Below are positions 12,171 through 25,324 of a stretch of DNA of 38,681 nt, piece by piece; within the stretch, counting starts at the first letter, position 1; every line of letters starts with the position of its first letter. The notes under the pieces are model-generated. The model was not told the origin of the DNA. It did not search any database and saw only the letters and a list, made by a program, of their open reading frames with translations. The stretch is from Paramecium tetraurelia. Taxonomy: Eukaryota. The DNA lies in assembly GCA_000165425.1 (NCBI GenBank), contig CT868073.1:62001-100681 (forward strand), read 5' to 3'. The position numbers and the translations under genes were made by a program.

Positions 12171-14010
12171 TTATAATTTTGATTTATATTATTAAAATCA
12201 ATTCATATAAATCAGAATCAATAATATTATGTAACTTTTGAGTAATGACTTTTGATTCAATTAAATTGTAGACTTAAGAATAGATTAAAAGAGTTATATC
12301 TTAAATCTATCTATTAAAATATTCAAATAATTCTTTAAAAAAATGTTGATGTTCGCATAATCTCCAATTTTAGGTATAATATCAATTTTGTAAAAATTTA
12401 TATTTAGAGGAAAATTATATAACCTTACTATTTTATAATCGATTATTAAATTCAATGTTTAAGTATTTTAATAAAGAAATTTATTTTTAATTCCTAAGTT
12501 AATTAGACAATTGAAGGAATATAAAAAGAGATGTATCCATTGTATTTTCATATATATTTTTAGATAATATAGAATGAATCTTAAAATTTATATTAATTAT
12601 GCTACTTTTATTAATTTTAATCTTGTTATCAATCATTAATATAGCTTTTCCAATTCCTCCTTAATTTCTTTTGCACTCCAATACTGATAAATAAAATAGG
12701 CCTTAATTTTCAGAATATATGTTAATAAAAACTTTTTAATTCCTAATTATATATCTTTTTAATTGTGGTGCTAAAACCTTCCATCATTCAAGAAGCAGCA
12801 TTATCAGATCATCCAAAATAATCCTAGTGGTGATATCCCATTCAAAAGCATAAGGCTTGGTGCACCTGGATTGAAATTATCCATGATTCTGGAAGCATCA
12901 CACAGACCAAAAATTAGAATAATAATAATGAATTTGTTGATAATGTAGATACATAATGAATATAATAAAATCTAATAACTTTATCAGAAACTTCTTTCAA
13001 TATTTTTTATAAATTATTTTATTCAATCCTATTCATTTATCATAAACTTTAATAATAATTTACCTCCCTTTATGTTATTAATTTATATTTCTTATTTTAA
13101 TTTTTTAACTTATTTCTCATACAATAATTATTGGATATATATATAAAATAAGATATTCAATATAAATAAGAATATGAGACCATTTCTTAATGTAATTGCA
13201 TTAAGGAGTAAAGATGAGTTTTATTTTAAATTTGGATTCAAGAAGAAAAGATCGAAAATTCATCATAAGTTTAATAGACAAAAAATATATTATTTATTGC
13301 AATATTTTTCTTGGCATCCTAAATTTTAATATGTATTTACAAAATGCATAAACATTAAAATAGTGTAAATTGATATTCAGTTAATAATTAATTGAAATTA
13401 CTATCGACTATTTAAAACACTCTTCCCTTTGATGATTTTAAGTTAACTTTCTTAATATATTTCCAATTAGATTCTGAAATTCCTACAATTATGCTTGATT
13501 TTTCTTTTCAATTGAATCATCCCTAAACCCATACTTTTAATGTATAGGTTATCAAGAAAAATAATTCATCCTCAACTTCTACTTCTTTTACATTATATAT
13601 ATATATTTGTAACACTGTAATAATAATAACTGAAAGCATAATTAAATTTATTAGATTTAAAAATAAATTAATTAATATTAAATAGTTCGTCATAATTAAA
13701 GGAGGTTTAGAAAATAATGCTAATAAACAAACTCTGTTAAGGGAATGTTCACTAAATAAAGAAAATCTAATTATCATAATGAATTTGAAAAAGTCTCTTA
13801 AATTTTCAAAATATGTTTTTGTTATTCCATATTTTTCAATCATCTTTAATTCTTAATCAAATACCAAGCTAACTTCATAATTAAGGATAAAAATGTATAA
13901 GTAATCATTCTTTATTTAGAAAGAAAAATTAAGTATCTTTCCCTAATATAAATATTCAATAATCCATATAAATATTTCATTAATTTTAAAATAAAAAAGA
14001 AATCTATAAA

Positions 14011-14958
14011 ATGTCAAATTTCGACTAAGCATAATCTACAAATATACCAATTGTAGTTACACAGTAAGAAATAAGCCAATAAGGAATATTTAATCAAACT
14101 TCTAAAACATTAGGTTGGTATTAATATTTTCCTGAATCCAATGGTGTTGCTACTTAGGAACTATCAACTCATGATCAGCAAATGTTCTTTATTGTTAAGC
14201 TATATGCATTTTTGGCTGGCTTGTTCATTTTCCAGTATCTAATGGTGATCATGTTTTATTACTGTGAACAGTTCAGATGGAGTTTAATAATTTTTGATTA
14301 CCCATAACCTTTGTATTGGGCTATCCTAGGGGTTACAATTATGTTAGGAATGATAGCTTATTTTATCAAATAATCAAGAAATGTAATGCAGTTTAAATTA
14401 TGATATAGCCGCCAATAAATCTAATTATATCTATGTTATATTCCTTTGGAGTAGGGTGTGTCTTGTAAGCACCATACGCAGATAGTTTATGGTGGAATGA
14501 AAGCAGTTTGTTAATAATCTTATATCAATTTTGTATGACTTTATGTACATTTGGAACACTTATTGCATATAAATTGTAAGATTCTTAGTCGGCAAATGGA
14601 TCATGTAATTATTATTCATATATTAGATTTATTGTTGATGGCATTTTTACTAGATCTGTTCGTTATACTTATTTTTATTTTAACTTATGTTGAATTGGCT
14701 TGGTTGATAGTGATTAGTATAATTGTCCATGTAATCTATGCATGTCTTCTATTATTTGAGACATAATTGATATAAAGAGGAAAAGTATTAAACAATATTA
14801 TTTAGTTTAACCTCGGTTTGAATGAGTATATTTCTGGAGCTCTCTTTATTTACATAGAAGTAACTCTATTTTTTATGTTTGTGGCCATTTTATTTGTTGT
14901 CTTTATGTGTGTGGCTCTAGTAGTGTTGATTGGAACTTTTATTGTTCACAAGAAGTGA
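14011..14958 (+). CDS. Bax inhibitor-1 / TMBIM (Lifeguard-like) multi-pass membrane protein, 292 aa
   Basis: Introns at 14383-14408, 14605-14626 and 14785-14805. Family-like motifs FIVKLYAFL, SRNPPINLII and YACLLLFETQLIQRGKFNLGLNEYISGALFIYIEV (compare YDTQ...EYI.AAL.LYLD). About 7 hydrophobic segments. Confidence 0.8.
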
Positions 14959-15261
14959 TTGATTAATAATAACTAATATTTAATAATTTAATATATATCT
15001 CATAAAGTTCATAAAATTTAACATTTACTAAACTTTATATTAAAAAAAATATGCATATTATTTCAATAATGACAATATTGTTTTTAATACATTTAAAAAG
15101 AGTTTGAATTTAACCAAAATTATACTCTGAGAAAAAATAGAGAGTATAATAAAAATAATGAAAAGTGAAGTCTATTATTAAAAAATTCTAGGAAGATCAT
15201 TTTACTCTGAGAATAGGGACATTAAATAATTGTGTTAAATAAATTAAATTCAATGATGAAT

Positions 15262-16314
15262 TCAAATGTTTTCTGTGTATTTTTTTACTTTAATTTCCTT
15301 TGAATTTGAATCCCAAAATATTAAAAATTCTCCGTCATTACTTAATGTCCCAAAAATATTTCCTTCACTTTTCTCACCACAATCAATTTGATATGTCTAA
15401 TCACAATCGAAGAGCTATGTGGAATATGGGGATTATTAAAATCTTAAACAATTTATGTAGTAGCCATTCTTTATTATTAATACGTTTTTCTATTTGTTGT
15501 ATTTAGATGGAAAGAAACACATACATGATTGTTCACCTCCATGAATTGGAATATTTTATGTATTGAAGTAGAGTTCTTAATTAGATTACATTTAAAGGTT
15601 GTATATCCGAAGATCGTTAGAAGAGTAAGGTACAAAAACAAAGCTTTGATTGTTTATAAATTACAATCTATAACCTCTCCGATTCAATTAGATTACCTAT
15701 TTAACTTCCCATTATTATTAATTATGTTATTTATCGATTATTAATATCTTACAATCCTAAAAACAAGTAACCAATTGATTGCCATCTTCCCTAAGTGAGC
15801 ACTCATAAATTGTACTTGAATTCTAATTTATTGTTTGAGAACAAGACCATTCAGAAGTGGCAAGTGCAAATGTAGACCAGAATTTGATTGTGCCATCTCC
15901 TGATCCACTAATAAGTAGGTTTTCTTTTATGTGATCCAATACAAGACAACTTATGAATTTGGAATGTCCCTTCAACTTCATCATGTACTTTGGACTTGGC
16001 ATAAGAATGGAGAACCAAATAATGATAGATGCATCTTAAGAACCAGAAACAAAGTTTGGTCTTTTCTTGAAAAAATTAAGGGTTGTTATCCAATCTTTAT
16101 GTTTATATATCTCTTGGATTTATTTCACTTAGCCATTTTTGAATTAGAGTATTTTAATATTTTTATATGCCGAACAAGTCAAGAGTGTATTACTATCATT
16201 AATAGCTATGGCATAGCATAATTGCTTTTAATGAATTCCATGTTCTGAAATAAGTTCATATTTATATGGCTTATTTTTTATTTAAATAGAAGCACAACAC
16301 TCTTATTGTAACAT
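15262..16314 (-). CDS. WD40-repeat protein, ~350 aa
   Basis: ATG at 16314 and TGA at 15262-15264 are in frame. Repeats include HKDWITTLNF..FVSGSQDASIIIW and GHSKFISCLVL..LISGSGDGTIKFW. Confidence 0.9.
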
Positions 16315-17091
16315 GCTTAAAATTATTTATTAAATGTAACGAATGGTGAGCCATAATTTTTAATACAATTTATAGAAAGTTCTAGAATGTTTTATAGAAT
16401 TTAAAAACAAGAATTTTCCTCATAATTTTTACTATCCTATTAAAAAAAATAATATTCACTTAAAAAGCTAAAAAAGTAAAAATATTCATAAAAAATGTTG
16501 TTCAAATTTGCTATTTAAGGACAGAATTCATAAAATATTTTGTTAATAAAAAATGTGACTCATAACTCACTTCCATGTGATAGGAAAACGAATGAATTTT
16601 GCTGTTGTAAAATACAATCATGTTATTTTAAAGGAGAAATAAAACTAATTGGGATTTCTCATTTCTATCATCTATACATCAAGAAATTTAACAAAACATC
16701 TGAAAATATTAATATAATATAAATCGATCGATCTAAATCATTTTATATAATAATTGAACAATCATTTATTCAATTCTATTTTATAATGAAATACCAATAA
16801 ATGATGTAATATGTAATTTTATAATTTAAAGATGTAAAATAATTTAAGAAATCAGAGAATAATTTATTGGAAATTTAAAAATATTGATGCGAATAGATGC
16901 AAAAGGTTTTGTATTTTGCAGATAAAATAATTACTTAAAAGTAGTATCATACTTAGGTATGAGATCAATTACTTGGCTTTATACAAATTTCAATATCAAA
17001 TTTATAATAGTTTTTTTCAAGAACTAGATTCATTAACAAATGAATAATAGTTTAATCCAAAAAAAAGAATAAATAAATGTAATGGATAAAA

Positions 17092-20000
17092 TCAACTAAA
17101 TGCAATATCAGTATTACGATATATATTAATTGATTAGAATTTATAATTCCAAAATACCCAATAAGAATTTATGTTGATAATGCTAAATTACACATGAAGT
17201 TATTTATATATCAAATTATTTTAAAAAATCAACTCTTAGGACATTGAGTTATTTAAATCCTTTATTTCCTTTTATTTAATTTTCCGAAAGTATTATAATC
17301 TCATTTATAATGTTATAAAAATTAGATTTATTAGTAAAATAATTATGATGGACTTCTTAGAGTCATACAGAGATTTGGGAATTAAAAGAATTGAAATTTG
17401 AGCATCAGATACTTCATTTTAAGCAAATAAGACAAAATTAAAAGAGGAATTTTCTACATTTTGAATATCTAATTCGTAATTTATTATTCCCCAATAAACC
17501 TAAGACTGGTTTATAAAAATAAAATGCGTAGTATTTACTTTTAAGGTTTCTATGTGAGAATTTTTACGATAAATTGTATCATAATATTCTCTTTCTTCTT
17601 GGAGATCATAATAATAAGTAATATTTTAGTTAAGTTATTTCAAAATTAAATAGTTCTCATCCATATAATCAGGCTTGAAATCAAAATCTAATAATGGATT
17701 CCTAATCTATTCTCTTACCTGGAAAGAACAAATAGAACCGTTCTAAATATTAATCTAGAGTTATATCATAAAGGATTAATAATGATAGCTCATAAATAGA
17801 ATAACAGTAATAATAGTTACATTCTATTTGCATTAAATTAATCCAATATTTCTTATTATAGGATTACTCTCGCCTGTAGGCAATAGATCTTAAAGTATTT
17901 TTGTGATATTATAAAAGAATTCGATGTAAATTCCATTAAGTTTGATTGTGTAAATCATTATTTCTACTTCAAAAATTAATTTATGATCCAACCTTTCTAA
18001 CCCAATAAATTAATCCACTGATAACTCAATGTATTTGATATCCAAATCATAATTATTTGAAAGGTGAATTAGACTAAAATCTTAATTCTTAATAAATATA
18101 TAGATCTATTACTATGCATTCTATAATTTAACCAAATTTTATGTTTTAATAACGTTTTCATGAAAGGGTAAACCAACTGTAAAGTTTATGATTTATACCT
18201 AGAGTTCCTTACAATTTGAATGGTCTTCTAAGATACACAAGAGTAAATGAATATGCAAATAGTCATTTAATTGACAAATCCATAGAAAATAATTTTCTGA
18301 AATCCAAAATACCTAATACAGGACATTTTCTGTATATAGTTATGTAATTTAACAAAAAATTTTGTCTTCCAAAATAATTGCTGAAAATGGATACATTAGT
18401 TACTTATTGTTATTCAGAAAGACAATATTCTTTTGTTTAATACAAAATATAAATGAATCAACGCACTCTTTAAATAGTTTAATAAATTACAAAGGTCCCT
18501 ATAATCTAATTTTATCATTATCAATAATTGTTACATTATGTATTGGACCTAAAAAAATTTCAGAAATTTTTAGTTTCAATTTTTCATTATTTTATATTAG
18601 AAGAGACACTTAATTTGATTAAGTAGATAAAAGATGACATTCATTTAAAATTAAAATGCTTAAATTGATACTATTTTCAAATTAGTAAGTTGGATTTAAT
18701 GTTAACTGATACGATTAGATCAATGTTTATTGATTGCTAACATTAATATAAATAAGCGACACTATTTCATTTAAATAATGGTACCAGATTTATTCATTAT
18801 ACAAATATAATAAAGTATTATTGATTAATTCAAAATAGACATCATTTGTTTAAATAATATTAATTAATTTGATTGTTGTGGTAGTGATAGAGTAAGTAGC
18901 TATAAAAAGAGATTGCTTGTTTTCAATTAAAATTGCTAATTTCAAAGAACTAAACTTGTACTTTAAAGGATTTGAGAATTAATATTCTTATAGAGTATAA
19001 TTGCTAAATAGATGTAATTCATATTCATCTAAATGATATAAAATTATTGAGTTCGTTTGATTTTGTACTGCCCAGAGTAAAAAGTAAGTTTTTAACCAAC
19101 TTTTAATTGTAATAATTTAGACTCCTGATAATTAAAAGCATTTAACTTCTCCTTTCAATTCATAGGCAAAAATATTTTCATATTGAATAAATTTATTAGA
19201 CCCTAATTCTTAATAATATAAAATTAATTTTGGTTAGTAAAGATATTATGAGAGGTAATTGAGACGATTTTATGAAAACTAATCTAAATATATTAATAAA
19301 GGATATTCTGAACCCTTAACATATAGAATAATTTATTCAGAGGTTTATTAAATTGTTATCATTTCCATATAAGAAGGTATTTAACTTAAGATTATTTATC
19401 CTGAAATAAGTTAGATCATTTCGATCTTCATTTTATTTATATCAATAATATAATAATCTTCTAGATATTCTAGTACTTCAAATTATTTTATATTTACACT
19501 CAATTAAATTTGGTTTTTTTAACAATTAAGGAAATATTAATTATTTTCAACTTGAAAGACTATAAAATTTTTATTTTTAATGGATAATAAAGTAATCTTA
19601 CTTTTAAATTTATATCGTTTTATTCGTTAATAACATTAGTTCTCTAGTTTTTCTTTATATTTGATACTCATTTTAACATTTCCAGTCTTATTATTATAAA
19701 ATTCAAACTCTTGTTATTGAAATTGGGTAAATGATTGAATATTAAGTTTTGCTTATTATTAATATTAGCAATTCTTTTTAATTAAGAGTGAATACTAGAC
19801 TAAATTATTCTATTGCAGCTGATTTTCATGTTGAATTTTGAAACACTTTAATAATTCTTATTGGCCGTGTTTTTCAAGTCTCTTAAGTAAATATACAAAT
19901 TTTTATTTAGGTTTTACATAACTACTTATTGGAAAATATCTATAGAATTATGCCTATACTTTGAACTTATCTATTTAATAAAACATGTTATCTTATTCTA

Positions 20001-21075
20001 AAAAAAATAGTGATGAATTTAAAATATTATATTTTTGATATAGATGTTCATCAATCCTTATATTTAATTCATTTTAATTTTGTAAAAAGAGAAAACCAGA
20101 AAAAAAATGAATTTAATCAGTATTAAAAGAATTATCTAAGATTATTTCTTTGTTTATGATCTAAACCGGTTATAAATTTGTCTCATTTTTATAAGTTATG
20201 AGAAGAACATTTTAACAATTTTTAGAAAGTATTATTTTCAATATTTGATTTTCACTTTTCTATATGTTATTAAGAATTGCTTAGTCAGACTCCCAAATAA
20301 CTTAAATATAATTATTTGCCTCAACAAGATAAAGAGTCAATGAATTTGTTAAGCAAATTTGTACATGATCTATTTTAGTAAATATCCCAAGAGTTCGAAT
20401 GTAATTATTCGTTTTAGATTCCATTATTATTTTTAGTTAATCATTATTTATTTCGAAAAGCTTCCATTCCAAACAATTAACAAATGCAATTATAAATTAA
20501 TTTTTATCAAAGAGCTTGAATTGTTTCTTTTTGCATTTATCCTGTATTTAAATAGAAACATCATACTCAAATATCAGAGTCACATCGCCTAATAGACTTA
20601 CTTAATATTGTTTTAAAGTAAATTGGGTCATGCAAAATAATAATAGGTTACCATTATCTAGTTAATAAATTTCATCACAGGAGTCTTCATCAGTAATATT
20701 TGTTTTTATCTTTATGCTTTCTTAATTGTTTTCTTACTTTTCATAATTTAATTTATCAATTTTGATACATGTTATATAATAGTTAAGTTCTAGAAACAAT
20801 TAACAAATTAGTTTCTTCAAAGTCACCTCTTTACCTAAGGATTTAAATATTCTTGTTTAAATTGGAACAACTTCGGAAGAAATAGTAAATAGTTTTTATA
20901 CAATTTTATTATCAATATGCTTTAAATTGTAATAATCTTCCTCATTTCCTTCTAATATAAAACAATCTTAAACCACTTAGTAACATGTTATTATGGGTTG
21001 TATTTGCTAAATTTCGCATGGATTTGAATTTATCTAAAATATCTAAACTCCAAAGACGATGATAATTAACAACAT
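17092..21075 (-). CDS. Large predicted type I membrane/surface protein (~1,300 aa), unknown function
   Basis: Signal-peptide-like start MLLIIIVFGVQIFQINS. Near the C-terminus, LFAQNEVS is followed by hydrophobic IIIILLINLIFITL and a basic tail. Both ends are in the same frame. The middle was not checked codon by codon and the stop position is approximate. Confidence 0.65.
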
Positions 21076-21230
21076 ATTTTAATATTTTTGTAGAAAAATA
21101 ATTAAATAACTTTTTTATTATAAATTTTATTGATTAAACAGTGCATACTTTGAATTTAAATCTTTATTGATTTAATAGAAATCAATTGATTTAACTACTA
21201 ATATTTAAGAGTACTCATGATATAGAATAG

Positions 21231-22643
21231 ATGATAATTCACAATCTGCTTAAAATCCGAAATCAAATAATTAAATATATATATAATACTTTAATTCTTC
21301 GAACTGATAGTAATTATAATCTCTAAACTAATAATCTATAATATAATTACTAAGGTGAAGCCTAATAATTTATAACTTTAAGTATTGATTACAATATTTG
21401 CAAATTATTTCAATAAGAATTTCGTGGAGTGTTTCAGGATATCCCACTAGAATCTTGGAGATTTTCTACAATTCTATTATTCAAGTGAAATGAGAATCAT
21501 AGCTTATATCCCAAAATATAGAGAAGAGCAAAAGTTTACCTTAAGCCATTTTTTAAAGTTTAAGTAAAACCTAAACCAAACCTATGCTGCTATGATCCTA
21601 GATTATGAATTCACTTAAAATTGAAAAGTCATTCAGCATTTATATTAGTTTTCTGAATTACTTTCTTAACTTTTTCTGATATATTGATTGAGCTCAAAAT
21701 TATAAGAAAAATTTGTTTTAGTATCTTTATAAATCGAATAATACTCAATAAAATCCGATTTTAATTTACCCTGTATTACAGATTACAATATTAGTATTTG
21801 CATATTCACTTTTATTATTATTACAAAAATGAATAGTTTACTATAGTTTCGTAATATGTATTAAGTTTCTAAAATGCTTGTTCTTAAATTGTTTTTCGTA
21901 ACTTAAAAGTAAGGCAATTTCAAAAAGGGTATATAAATTAAGCTTTCGATGTACTTTTCACTAGAAAAACTTAGGGTATTTTGAAAAAACATCGAAAAAA
22001 ACTGATTATTAGTGTAGGGATTCTTCTTTCACTTAAATATAATATAATAAAATTGAGTCTCAAACACGTTTCCTAACTTCGATAAGAATTAGAATATGTT
22101 TAAATATAAAAACCAACAATTAAAGCCATAAATTTGTTATAACAGTTTGGACTGCTAACTTGGTGTCTTTTAATAAATGATATGTACTAAATACAATGTA
22201 AATTATACATAATATTTTATAGGGTAATATTATTTAATCCTTAGAATTATTAAATTCTGATGGTGAATATATTTAAAAGAAACTCACTTCAGTCTCTTTA
22301 ATCTTAAGACATCAAATTTAGATCTTTTTTGATCTTCCATAAAAACAAATTAACTAAAAAAGCATTCTATAGTACAATATTTTATTAATCTAATGGTGCT
22401 GCAATTTCCCTAAGGAATATTAACAATATATTGTTAACAGTTAAAGAAATTGATTCCATCTCTATAATGGTTATAGTATTCGTATGCTTTGCAAAGTGAT
22501 TTTGTAAATAAATCTAGTAATCTTATAAATTTTTAAACACATTATTAGATATGGTTGAGTAATTAGAATAAAGTGCAAAGTTTGTGGAGGACTTTCATTT
22601 AGAAATTGAGATTTTATTGTTAACAAAGGACTCTTCCTAAATG
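21231..22643 (+). pseudogene. Hypothetical gene or decayed gene
   Basis: Coding-like blocks and an intron-like gtaaattatacataatattttatag (~22198-22222), with the last block ending at TGA ~22643. Frames at 21230-21700 are interrupted by TGA. Confidence 0.3.
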
Positions 22644-22714
22644 ATAGTATTAATTCATAATAGTAATGAATAATTATATATATATTAAATATTGAATAAT
22701 AAAATAGTAATAAA

Positions 22715-23963
22715 ATGATTCAAGGAGATCAAGACTTTGAATGTCATTTAGTTGAGATGCAACTGAATGACCAAGAATATCAAAATCTAGTTGACAAAGA
22801 GGAGACATTTATTTAAATTAACAAATAAGATAGTGGGTTTTGTAATTATCTTAGAAATGATATTTTAAACGATAAAACTAAATTAAAGTAACTATTAAAC
22901 AGAATTAATAATCAGTGGAATTAGAATTTTATGGTAGAACTTAAAAGAGAAGAAATCTTCACTTTGATTATATTAATGTTCCTTAATTAAATAAATAGAA
23001 AACAATAGTTTGGAGGATTTTATATAATAAATATGGAAAATTTAAAAAGAACTTAAATTAGACTTTGTACTCAAAAGATGCGATGCATAGAGAATTACTT
23101 ACGTTTATTCTATAGGAATAAAGACAATCTTTTAGAGAGTTCATTTGATAATAATGAAAAAGTGCAATTTAAAAATTAAGTTGTTAAATTCATAAAAAAT
23201 ATACAAGAAGTTGAATTTTCATTTAATGAAGGTGACTAAAAGAGCAAATTAAATATATCTATTAATGTAACCAATCAACGAAATGAAGATTAAAAGAATT
23301 CAACTGTTGTTGACTTTGCAGATCAGAACATCGGAGGGTTAACATTAGATAGTTATAATTGTGCTTAGGAGGAAGTAGACAATTATTATTTTATTTTAGA
23401 TTCTTATGCTTATTTTTCCAGAAGCTCTAGTAACTATGATATTTATTCCACCTATGAAAGATAATGAAGCTGTTTTAATCACTAATCTAAAGAAGTTCTC
23501 TAAATATTCTGGATATGAGTAATCTTTCATCTGCAAAGAATAAGAAGATTTAGAAAAGAATTTCTTTAATATGCTTGTAATTATTATTAATACTTAGGCT
23601 ATTGATGCAAAACCATTTAGTAGAAATATAGCATAGTTTAAGAAACAAAATTTAGACAGAGAAATACGGAAATGTTACTCAGGATTCTCATTAGCTTTAA
23701 AATACTAACCGAATAATGATATTTCAACAGGACGATGGGGATGTGGTATATTTGGAGGAAATCAGTATCTGAAAACAATGATTCAATTGATTTGTTTTGC
23801 TTAAGCAAAATATGAAACAGAAAATAGTACAGCAAAATTGATAATCAATGCTTCCAATACTCATAGTCTAATAACTTTTGTAAATGATCTGAAGCAATAT
23901 GAATAAATAGTAAATTTACAGAACCTTACAATATTGATTTAAGAGTTATCATAGCGTTTTTGA
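22715..23963 (+). CDS. PARG: Poly(ADP-ribose) glycohydrolase, compact catalytic-domain-only form, 400 aa
   Basis: Motifs VDFADQNIGGLTLDSYNCAQEEILMLIFPE (signature loop with QEE), FSKYSGY, AIDA, LDREIRKCYSGF and STGRWGCGIFGGN. Introns at 23375-23399 and 23577-23597. Confidence 0.92.
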
Positions 23964-24173
23964 TATTCCAATGATGATTAATTGTAGAGTATGATTATCA
24001 ACTACTTTTAAGAATAAATACAATAACCAGATCTAAATGATGAGGAAAGATGAGAGAGTACAAGATGAAAATGATAAAGATATTCAATATTATTACATAT
24101 TTTATTATGTTAGCATAATACTCAACTAACCTAAAATTACATTACATCTTAATTATATTCTGGGAGTTGAAAT

Positions 24174-24566
24174 NNNNNNNNNNNNNNNNNNNNNNNNNNN
24201 NNNNNNNNNNNNNNNNNNNNNNNNNNNNNNNNNNNNNNNNNNNNNNNNNNNNNNNNNNNNNNNNNNNNNNNNNNNNNNNNNNNNNNNNNNNNNNNNNNNN
24301 NNNNNNNNNNNNNNNNNNNNNNNNNNNNNNNNNNNNNNNNNNNNNNNNNNNNNNNNNNNNNNNNNNNNNNNNNNNNNNNNNNNNNNNNNNNNNNNNNNNN
24401 NNNNNNNNNNNNNNNNNNNNNNNNNNNNNNNNNNNNNNNNNNNNNNNNNNNNNNNNNNNNNNNNNNNNNNNNNNNNNNNNNNNNNNNNNNNNNNNNNNNN
24501 NNNNNNNNNNNNNNNNNNNNNNNNNNNNNNNNNNNNNNNNNNNNNNNNNNNNNNNNNNNNNNNNNN
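24174..24566. other. Assembly gap (N run)
   Basis: Run of N. Confidence 1.
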
Positions 24567-24568
24567 AT

Positions 24569-25324
24569 GAAGATTTTTAAAATTTGATTTTTTATTTCTA
24601 TCCATCGCAAGCCGGACCGGAGGATTTTAACAAGAACCCCGAACGAAATGGTCATTTTGAGTAGAAATAAAGTAATTATACAGCTAAACATATCAAACTC
24701 AATTCATTATGATCTATAATAAAGGTATAAGGATCCTAAATATAAAAAATTAATATAAAATGAGAAATAGAAAGTGAAAGAATAAATCTATAAATTTCCT
24801 AATGATATTAAATACTCAACTTATTTGAACCATTATCAACATAATAGTTTATGTGACTAAATACAACACAATCCTTTGCAAATTGATTAGATTAGAACCC
24901 CTACCAATTTCAATCAACATGTGGTTTCTCAAATCTTTTCTTCAATGCAATCCATGGATAAAAAAGTTACTTAACTAAAATCCTCGAATTAGTATAGTGT
25001 CCCTAAATAAGAAGAGGTCTTAGCTAAAGCAAGGTATTAGGTAATAATATATCTAGGTAATATTACTCTTAAACCTAGAACAAACTATATGCAAATTATC
25101 CTTAAAAATAGCAATTTTAATCATAAATATATGGCAAAAAGCAGTAATTCTAATCCCCATAATAATTCGAAAGGAATTAATAATGGAAGGAATCTCCTCA
25201 ATTTGTCTAATCCCAAATCATTACTCCACCTTAATAATAAAGATATTAATCTGTTTAACATTATCAATAAAAAATGTCAACGACCAGTTATATAGGGGGT
25301 TTTTAAAATGTGGCTCAAATTTGA
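24569..25324 (+). CDS. 3' part of a hypothetical protein with a Gln-rich tail; 5' end lost in the gap
   Basis: Frame EDFQNLIFYFYPSQAGPEDFNRTPNEM... continues through one 23-nt intron (~25034-25056) into a Q/P-rich tail ending at TGA 25322-25324. Confidence 0.6.

Noticed and set aside
12600..12960. GC-richer, coding-like patch on the minus strand
   Set aside because: All three frames hit TGA within a short distance and I could build no consistent intron model. It may be a gene relic, but I cannot support a call.
13523..13843. 106-aa minus-strand ORF from the track
   Set aside because: Low-complexity AT-rich translation with no recognisable family.
24149..24691. ORFs spanning the first N run
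   Set aside because: Artefacts of translating an assembly gap.
24690..24720. SIHYD resembling the OTU deubiquitinase His motif, attractive next to an LRGG-bearing protein
   Set aside because: It is only a three-residue match, no catalytic Cys box is visible, and the 5' part of the gene is in the gap.
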